Translations under genes and position numbers: made by a program | Shown: in pieces, positions 43,846 through 48,708 of the stretch | Numbering within the stretch: the first letter of the stretch is position 1 | Layout: the number at the start of each line of letters is the position of its first letter | The notes under the pieces: model-generated | What the model saw: the letters and a program-made list of their open reading frames with translations, nothing else | What the model was told of the DNA's origin: nothing | Database searches by the model: none | Origin: a virus | Lineage: Duplodnaviria; Caudoviricetes | Reading direction: 5' to 3' (one strand) | DNA: 48,708 nucleotides | Virus record (IMG/VR): IMGVR_UViG_3300011437_000005 | Location: 1-48,708 of that record

Positions 43846-44120
43846 CGGGCCCGACCGTTCCGCAGCTGCTCCAGGGTCACGGGGCGGGAGAGGAACTTGA
43901 CGCCGCACGACAGGCAGTAGTGATACCGCTCCCCCTGCTCGGTCGGTCCACCGTACTGCTTCTGCTCGAAGGACCCGCACTCACTGCACTGGATCGGGAC
44001 CCACAGCGCGACCTTCTGCGAGACGCGCTCGGTGCTGGCGCCCGGGCGCGCCTTCTGCGGCAGCCGGCCGAGCCAGTTGCGGGCGCGTGGCGGGAGCCAC
44101 TCCTCGCCGTCATTGTTCAA
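43842..44120 (-). CDS. Ogr/Delta-like Zn-finger protein (start uncertain)
   Basis: CSECGS...RYHYCLSCGVKFLS; TTG 44120 overlaps the end of TerL. Confidence 0.6.
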   Translation of the reverse strand: MNNDGEEWLPPRARNWLGRLPQKARPGASTERVSQKVALWVPIQCSECGSFEQKQYGGPTEQGERYHYCLSCGVKFLSRPVTLEQLRNGRAR

Positions 44121-46026
44121 GCCATCCCCCGCGGCGCGGCTCGCGCTCGCGGCGCTCGCCGAGCCACTCGCCCTGGCCAGGTAACCAATCACCGCCGCGC
44201 GCGCTGCGCGGCGCCGGCGCCGACGGCGGCGCTTCATCATCCGGGGGCAGGCCGTACACCTGCAACATCTCGGCGGCCGCGAGCGCCATGACCTCGCAGT
44301 CCCAAAAGTGGTTCGCCGCGCCCTCCTGCTTCTTCTGCCACTCCTCGCTGACCTTGCCAGTGCGCTTGTTCCTGCTGATCGCCTTGTGCTCGGTCAGCAG
44401 CTGCCGCATGTAGTCGGGACGCGGGTTCTTGTGGATCGACCAGCGCCAGGCCGCCGTCGCCGGCCCGCGGATCAGGCGCGCGAGCTTGTCCTTCAGCACG
44501 TGGTTGTCGAGCTGGAACTGGACGACGCCGAAGACCTGGCCGTTCGCCGTGCGCTCGATCCGCGCCGCGCGGAAGAAGCCGCCGGAGAGCAGGTGCTGCT
44601 GGCCCTTGGTCGGGCGCATCACGTCCTCGTAGTCGCGGCAGAACTCGTAGACCTCGTCGGTGCGGTAGCCGGTGTCCATGCACGCCAGGTGAACGGGGAG
44701 CAGCTCGCCGGCGGCGCCCTTGGGGAAGCGCCCGTGCACGACCAGGTTCGCGACCTCGGTCCAGGTCGTGAGGTACTCGGCGCGGATCAGCCAGCTCCGG
44801 TACGCGGCCGCCCACGCGCGCACGACGACGTAGAAGCCGTGCGCCTGCACGTCGACGGCCGCGGTGATGACGCGCGCGGCGCGCGGCACGATCCCTTCCT
44901 CGTAGTCCTCGATGCACGCGTCGAGCTCGCCGGCGCGCACCTCGCTGGTCTTCTCGATCCAGGGCTGGCCCAGCCAGCTGTTGTTGAAGTTCTGTAGCCC
45001 ACCGACCTTCTTCAGGGAGCGGAACCACTCGGCCGCCACGTGGTGCCAGCTGCGCCGCGCCCACGGGCTGTAGAGCGAGTTGATCTGGTAGCCGCGGTGT
45101 TTCGAGCTCGTGCCGGTCACGTGGCCGGCCGCGTTGATCTTGCCGCCCTCCGGCACCCACTTGCCGTGGGCGAGCATGGTCTGCTTGTGCGATTCGTCGA
45201 TCAGCCGATCGCAGGACCTGCACAGGTACCGCGCGAGGCGCTTGGTCTCGATCGTCTCGGGATCCCGCTCGTCGCCCACCTTCAGGTTGTCGAAGACCAG
45301 GACCTGGAACGTCCCGCAGAACGGGCACGGCACGTGGTAGTGCCGCTGGTCGGAGCGCAGGAACTCGGTGTGGATCAGGTCCGTCGCGAGGATCGGCGTC
45401 GAGGTCTTGAAGAGCTTCGAGTCGGGGTAGCTCTGCACGCGCTCGCGCGCGAGGTCGAGCGGCGACGCTTCGCGGCCCGACCACGGCGGCCACTTGTCGA
45501 GCTCGTCGCACATGAGGTTTCGGATCGCGTGCGAGCCGAGGTCGGACGGCACCTCGGCGCTCGCGAAGTAGAGCGGCATCGAGTCGAACCGGATCCGCTT
45601 CTCGGTCCACGCGCTGCGCGACGGCAGCACGTGGGTCTGCAGGCGCGCCGACGCGTCGAACATCGGCTTGATCCGCTCGAAGTTGAACACGCCGATCGCC
45701 GCTTCCTTCGGCACGACTACCAGCGTCGGCCCGGGCATCTGATCGACGATGTAGCCGATGAGGTTGAGCAGGAGCTCGGTGCCGCTGATCTGTGTGCACT
45801 TCTGGAACGTCGTCTCCTCGACGTCTGGATCGAGCAGCGTGTTGGCGATCTCCTGCGTGTGCGGCACGCGGGCCGTACTCCAGCGCCCCGGCTCGGCGGC
45901 CGTCGTCGGCAGCTCGCGGTAGCGATCGGCCCACTCCGAGACGGTGATCGACTCCGGCGGCCGGAGCAGGTCCCGTTCACGGCGGTCAAGCCGGTTCTTC
46001 AGCTGGCGCGTCGTCGACGTCGTCAT
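44110..46026 (-). CDS. terL: Terminase large subunit, lambda GpA family
   Basis: TVSEWADRYR...EPGRW; KCTQISGTE; MCDELDKWP; STP; YHVPCPFCG; AAVDVQ; NHFWDCEV. Confidence 0.97.
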   Translation of the reverse strand: MTTSTTRQLKNRLDRRERDLLRPPESITVSEWADRYRELPTTAAEPGRWSTARVPHTQEIANTLLDPDVEETTFQKCTQISGTELLLNLIGYIVDQMPGPTLVVVPKEAAIGVFNFERIKPMFDASARLQTHVLPSRSAWTEKRIRFDSMPLYFASAEVPSDLGSHAIRNLMCDELDKWPPWSGREASPLDLARERVQSYPDSKLFKTSTPILATDLIHTEFLRSDQRHYHVPCPFCGTFQVLVFDNLKVGDERDPETIETKRLARYLCRSCDRLIDESHKQTMLAHGKWVPEGGKINAAGHVTGTSSKHRGYQINSLYSPWARRSWHHVAAEWFRSLKKVGGLQNFNNSWLGQPWIEKTSEVRAGELDACIEDYEEGIVPRAARVITAAVDVQAHGFYVVVRAWAAAYRSWLIRAEYLTTWTEVANLVVHGRFPKGAAGELLPVHLACMDTGYRTDEVYEFCRDYEDVMRPTKGQQHLLSGGFFRAARIERTANGQVFGVVQFQLDNHVLKDKLARLIRGPATAAWRWSIHKNPRPDYMRQLLTEHKAISRNKRTGKVSEEWQKKQEGAANHFWDCEVMALAAAEMLQVYGLPPDDEAPPSAPAPRSARGGDWLPGQGEWLGERREREPRRGGWLEQ

Positions 46027-46501
46027 GCGGCTGCACAAGCGGTAGGTCCGCGGTGTTCGCGTAGCGTTCGAGCATCGCTCGGACCTTCAGCTCGAGGATC
46101 GTCCGCACGGCCGCCAGCTCGGGCGCGCGGACCATGGCCTCGAGATCACGCCGGAAGGTTAGCAAGCGGGCGAGCAGCAGGTTCACGACCTCGCCCCGGT
46201 CGATGAGCTCGCCCTGCAGCTTTCGCACCTGGATCGCCTCGCGGAGGGTGCGCATCTTCCGGAAGCGGTCGACCTCGCTGGTGCCGCCCCCGCGGTCCTG
46301 GCCTTGGGAGTCGTTCGGCAGCAGCGCCTCGCGGCCGTTCTGGCCGGCCTTCGTGCGCTGCGCGCGCGCCCACTTCCGCACCTGGTCGACGTCGAAGGTG
46401 CCGTCCTTCCGCCGGGGGCACCCGTTCCGGATCCAGCGGCGCACCGTCTCCAGGTGGCGCGGCAGAGCCTTCGCCAGCGCCGCCGCGCCCTTGGCGATCA
46501 C
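45986..46501 (-). CDS. terS: Terminase small subunit, Nu1-like
   Basis: GTGA-coupled start; wHTH ETVRRWIRNGCP...FDVDQVRKW; GELIDR coiled coil; overlaps terL. Confidence 0.88.
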   Translation of the reverse strand: MIAKGAAALAKALPRHLETVRRWIRNGCPRRKDGTFDVDQVRKWARAQRTKAGQNGREALLPNDSQGQDRGGGTSEVDRFRKMRTLREAIQVRKLQGELIDRGEVVNLLLARLLTFRRDLEAMVRAPELAAVRTILELKVRAMLERYANTADLPLVQPHDDVDDAPAEEPA

Positions 46502-46902
46502 GTGCTCTTGAGGATCTGCGGCAGAACCTGCGCGATCGCCTGCCGGATGAGGATCCGGCAGACGCCGTCGACCACCGCCTTCAGGATCTCGCGTTGCGCT
46601 TCGGCCACCTTCGCAGCGAACACCGGCCAGGAGCTGCTGGCCGCGAGCTGGATCTCCACGTTCTTGGCCGCCGCCAGGTTGCTGAGCGTCGCATTGAGCA
46701 CCTTGGTCTCGGCCTCGAGGCTCCACCCGAACACGAGGGGGACCTTCCCGCCGGGCGCCAGGGTTCGGATCCCGGACCAGTCGTAGAGCTTCCGTGGCGA
46801 GGTACTGGTGTTCGATACACCGGTACCTCGTCGCTCCAGACGCCGCGCCAGGGGCAGCGAGCCGCCGCCGGCGAGGAAGGCCTTGCGGTCCCGTCGTTTC
46901 AC
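46498..46902 (-). CDS. Hypothetical protein
   Basis: 134 aa; GTGA overlaps at both ends. Confidence 0.75.
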   Translation of the reverse strand: MKRRDRKAFLAGGGSLPLARRLERRGTGVSNTSTSPRKLYDWSGIRTLAPGGKVPLVFGWSLEAETKVLNATLSNLAAAKNVEIQLAASSSWPVFAAKVAEAQREILKAVVDGVCRILIRQAIAQVLPQILKST

Positions 46903-47294
46903 CGGCGCACCGGCGACGTCGACGGCAGGTCGATGATGCCGCTGATCTGGATCGTGTAGCGGGTGACCCCGATGGCCAGGAGCTCGACGCCGGTCACCAG
47001 GCCGAGCAGGAACTCGCCACGCTCGCCGGTCGGCTTGATCCGTACCGCGCCGTGCTCGTCACCCCACGCAAAGCCCCCGGCCGCGCGCGAGCCCGGTGGC
47101 CAGGGACCGTCGGCAACGTCGATCGTCATCTCCCCGTTTGGGTGCATGATCGCCGACGGTCGGTGCGTCCAGACGTCCTCGACGATCGTGGAGTCGTCGT
47201 CGTGGACCTTGGGCGCCGGCGCGCGGCGCCGCCCCACCGCGGCGACGGCGCCGCCGAGCAGCAGCTGCAGCAGGTCGCGGCGGTTGAACTTCAC
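46899..47294 (-). CDS. Protein with twin-arginine (Tat)-like signal peptide
   Basis: GTGA-coupled start gives MKFNRRDLLQLLLGGAVAAVG. Confidence 0.7.
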   Translation of the reverse strand: MKFNRRDLLQLLLGGAVAAVGRRRAPAPKVHDDDSTIVEDVWTHRPSAIMHPNGEMTIDVADGPWPPGSRAAGGFAWGDEHGAVRIKPTGERGEFLLGLVTGVELLAIGVTRYTIQISGIIDLPSTSPVRR

Positions 47295-47854
47295 GTGCGG
47301 AGCTTGTAGCGGCACTCGGAGTCGCCGAACGCGAAGCCCGGTGCGCGGGGCAAGTGAGCCGCCTTCAGCATCTCCACGATGGCGTCCCGCTCCCCGTGCA
47401 GCAGAGGCGCAAAGTGGTCGGAGGCCTTGAGCGTGACCGGGATCGCGCCGTGCGGCAGCGGGAGGACCGCCTCTTGGCCGTCGCCGACCGGGAGCACTTC
47501 GCGCCGCACGTGCACGCCGCCGTTGGCGGGGTTGCGAACCTCCTCCACCATCTTCGGCCGGTACACGTCGAGGCGGTCGACCAGCATTGGGATCGTCTCG
47601 ACCCGCGCGCCGGGCTCGACCTCCGGGAACTGCGCGCTGCTCACCTTCAGCAACCAGCAGTCGGACGAGAAGCAGTGCTCCACCCCGCGCAGGACCGCGT
47701 CGGGGGGCATGTCGATCTGCGCGAAGCGGAAGAAGCTCCAGCGGTCACGGCCGCACGCGTTCACCGCTTGCGCGAATAGATGGAAGAACACGTGGTCGGG
47801 CACCGAGAAGACTCGGACCCGCCGCTGCTGAGCTACGTCGTCGGCCGTCTGCAT
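47291..47854 (-). CDS. Hypothetical phage protein
   Basis: 187 aa; GAGGTG RBS; MPPDAVL...LKVSSAQFPEVEPG. Confidence 0.8.
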   Translation of the reverse strand: MQTADDVAQQRRVRVFSVPDHVFFHLFAQAVNACGRDRWSFFRFAQIDMPPDAVLRGVEHCFSSDCWLLKVSSAQFPEVEPGARVETIPMLVDRLDVYRPKMVEEVRNPANGGVHVRREVLPVGDGQEAVLPLPHGAIPVTLKASDHFAPLLHGERDAIVEMLKAAHLPRAPGFAFGDSECRYKLRT

Positions 47855-47863
47855 CGCTTCACC

Positions 47864-48708
47864 TCACGGGTCGCGCCGCTGCGCCAGGTACATCCAGGGG
47901 TTGTCGCCGTTGGGCAGCGTACCCCAGGTCGGGTCCGCCCACGTGCGAGCGTAGGCCGCGAGCAGGTCCGCGCGCGCGATCCAGGCGGGATCGTTCGCCT
48001 CGCGTGCCCAGCGCTGGCCTAGCAGGAACGCCCCGCAGCCCCACAGGATGTAGGCCGTGCCGTCGCCCCATTGCACGTAGCGGAAGCGTGGCGCCTGCGG
48101 GTTGAAGGGGTTGCCGGCCTCGGGCAGCCACTCCTCCATCTGCTGCTGCGTGAGCGGCTCGTGGTTGTTGTACCACTGGCTCTTCCCCATCTGCCAGTCG
48201 TCGGCCTTGTAGAGCGCGCGCTGGTCCGGGATCGACCGCGTGAGGTTGTGCAGGTTGAGCTGCGGCTGGACCTGCCCCGTGCAATTCTTGAAGTACCAGA
48301 TGCCGCCGGTGTCCCACCAGGCAGCATCGACCAGGCCGACGAAGGTCCCCGTGAACTGCACCACGTTCTGGCCGTCGCGCTGCTCGTACTGGTCGCCGAC
48401 TTGGGGCCGCAGCGCCGGGTTCGATCGATCGATGCCGCCGTTGTTCACGCCGTTCCCGGCCTTCGCCGCCTGGAACGTGGTGCGTCGGTCCTGCACGCCA
48501 TAGAGGCAGACCGACCTGCTGATCTGCTTCGCGATCGACAGCGCCTCGGCCTTGCCGCTGATGTTGTACCAGCCGACCAGGCCGGACACGGCCATGCCCT
48601 CCTGCCACCAGTTGATGAACCACGGTGGGTCGTGCAGGTGGAAGAGTTCGCGGTCCTCGCCCGACGCGAGATGCTTCAGCGTGCCCGGTTGGTTGCCGTC
48701 CCACGACA
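47864..48708 (-). CDS. C-terminal part of the 843-aa PcRGLX/YetA-like protein (begins at 1810)
   Basis: Frame is open from the window end to the stop at 47864; joins 1-1810 through the 123-bp overlap; Trp/Tyr rich. Confidence 0.85.
   Translation of the reverse strand, partial: SWDGNQPGTLKHLASGEDRELFHLHDPPWFINWWQEGMAVSGLVGWYNISGKAEALSIAKQISRSVCLYGVQDRRTTFQAAKAGNGVNNGGIDRSNPALRPQVGDQYEQRDGQNVVQFTGTFVGLVDAAWWDTGGIWYFKNCTGQVQPQLNLHNLTRSIPDQRALYKADDWQMGKSQWYNNHEPLTQQQMEEWLPEAGNPFNPQAPRFRYVQWGDGTAYILWGCGAFLLGQRWAREANDPAWIARADLLAAYARTWADPTWGTLPNGDNPWMYLAQRRDP
48586..48708. repeat. Terminal direct repeat copy 2 (circular assembly overlap)
   Basis: Identical to 1-123; lies inside a coding sequence. 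Confidence 0.97.

Larger units (their letters stand above)
1..48708 (-). mobile_element. Complete circularly permuted tailed (siphovirus-like) bacteriophage genome, 48,585 bp unit length
   Basis: Terminase, portal, protease, capsid and tail genes in canonical order; no host housekeeping genes; identical 123-bp ends; one gene reads in frame across the junction. Confidence 0.95.

Noticed and set aside
1-48708. Very frequent TCGA/GATC/CGCG words as a functional repeat family
   Set aside because: Dispersed within coding sequence and explained by codon preferences (CTC GAG, GTC GAC, ATC GAC) in a GC-rich lineage; not quantified

Overview
This window is an apparently complete, circularly permuted, GC-rich (roughly 70% by eye) tailed-phage genome. 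Bases 1-123 repeat exactly at 48586-48708, giving a unit length of 48,585 bp. Nearly all of about 72 genes are on the minus strand, and about 30 junctions are coupled by ATGA/GTGA/TTGA overlaps. The only convincing plus-strand gene is a small secreted protein at 18717-19217. The morphogenesis operon is lambda-like: Nu1-type TerS, GpA-type TerL, gpW, lambda-family portal, S49 protease with nested scaffold, capsid decoration protein, Mu gpT-family major capsid protein, head-tail and tail-completion proteins, tail tube, gpG/gpGT chaperones with a -1 slippery site, tape measure, gpM/L/K-like proteins, a gpI-gpJ fusion and fibres. The early/accessory arm encodes a long ParB-family protein, an HTH replication-initiator-like protein, a ParB-N/DNA methyltransferase fusion, a RusA-like resolvase, a CsbD-like stress protein, an atypical tRNA-Ile(GAT) and many small hypothetical proteins. 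I could not recognise an integrase, CI repressor, helicase, polymerase or endolysin. Highlights: (1) a 918-aa PKD + beta-helix + repeat-stalk protein ending in a paralogue of the capsid decoration protein, a candidate head-displayed glycan-binding or glycan-degrading appendage; (2) an 843-aa PcRGLX/YetA-like putative glycan lyase split across the contig ends and largely missed by the ORF track; (3) a lambda-like cosQ/cosN site inside the RusA reading frame; (4) an endolysin-less lipoprotein cassette where lysis genes usually sit; (5) structured intergenic RNAs and shared leaderless promoters. A Planctomycetota-like host is my inference only. All family assignments come from motif recognition by eye; no searches were run.
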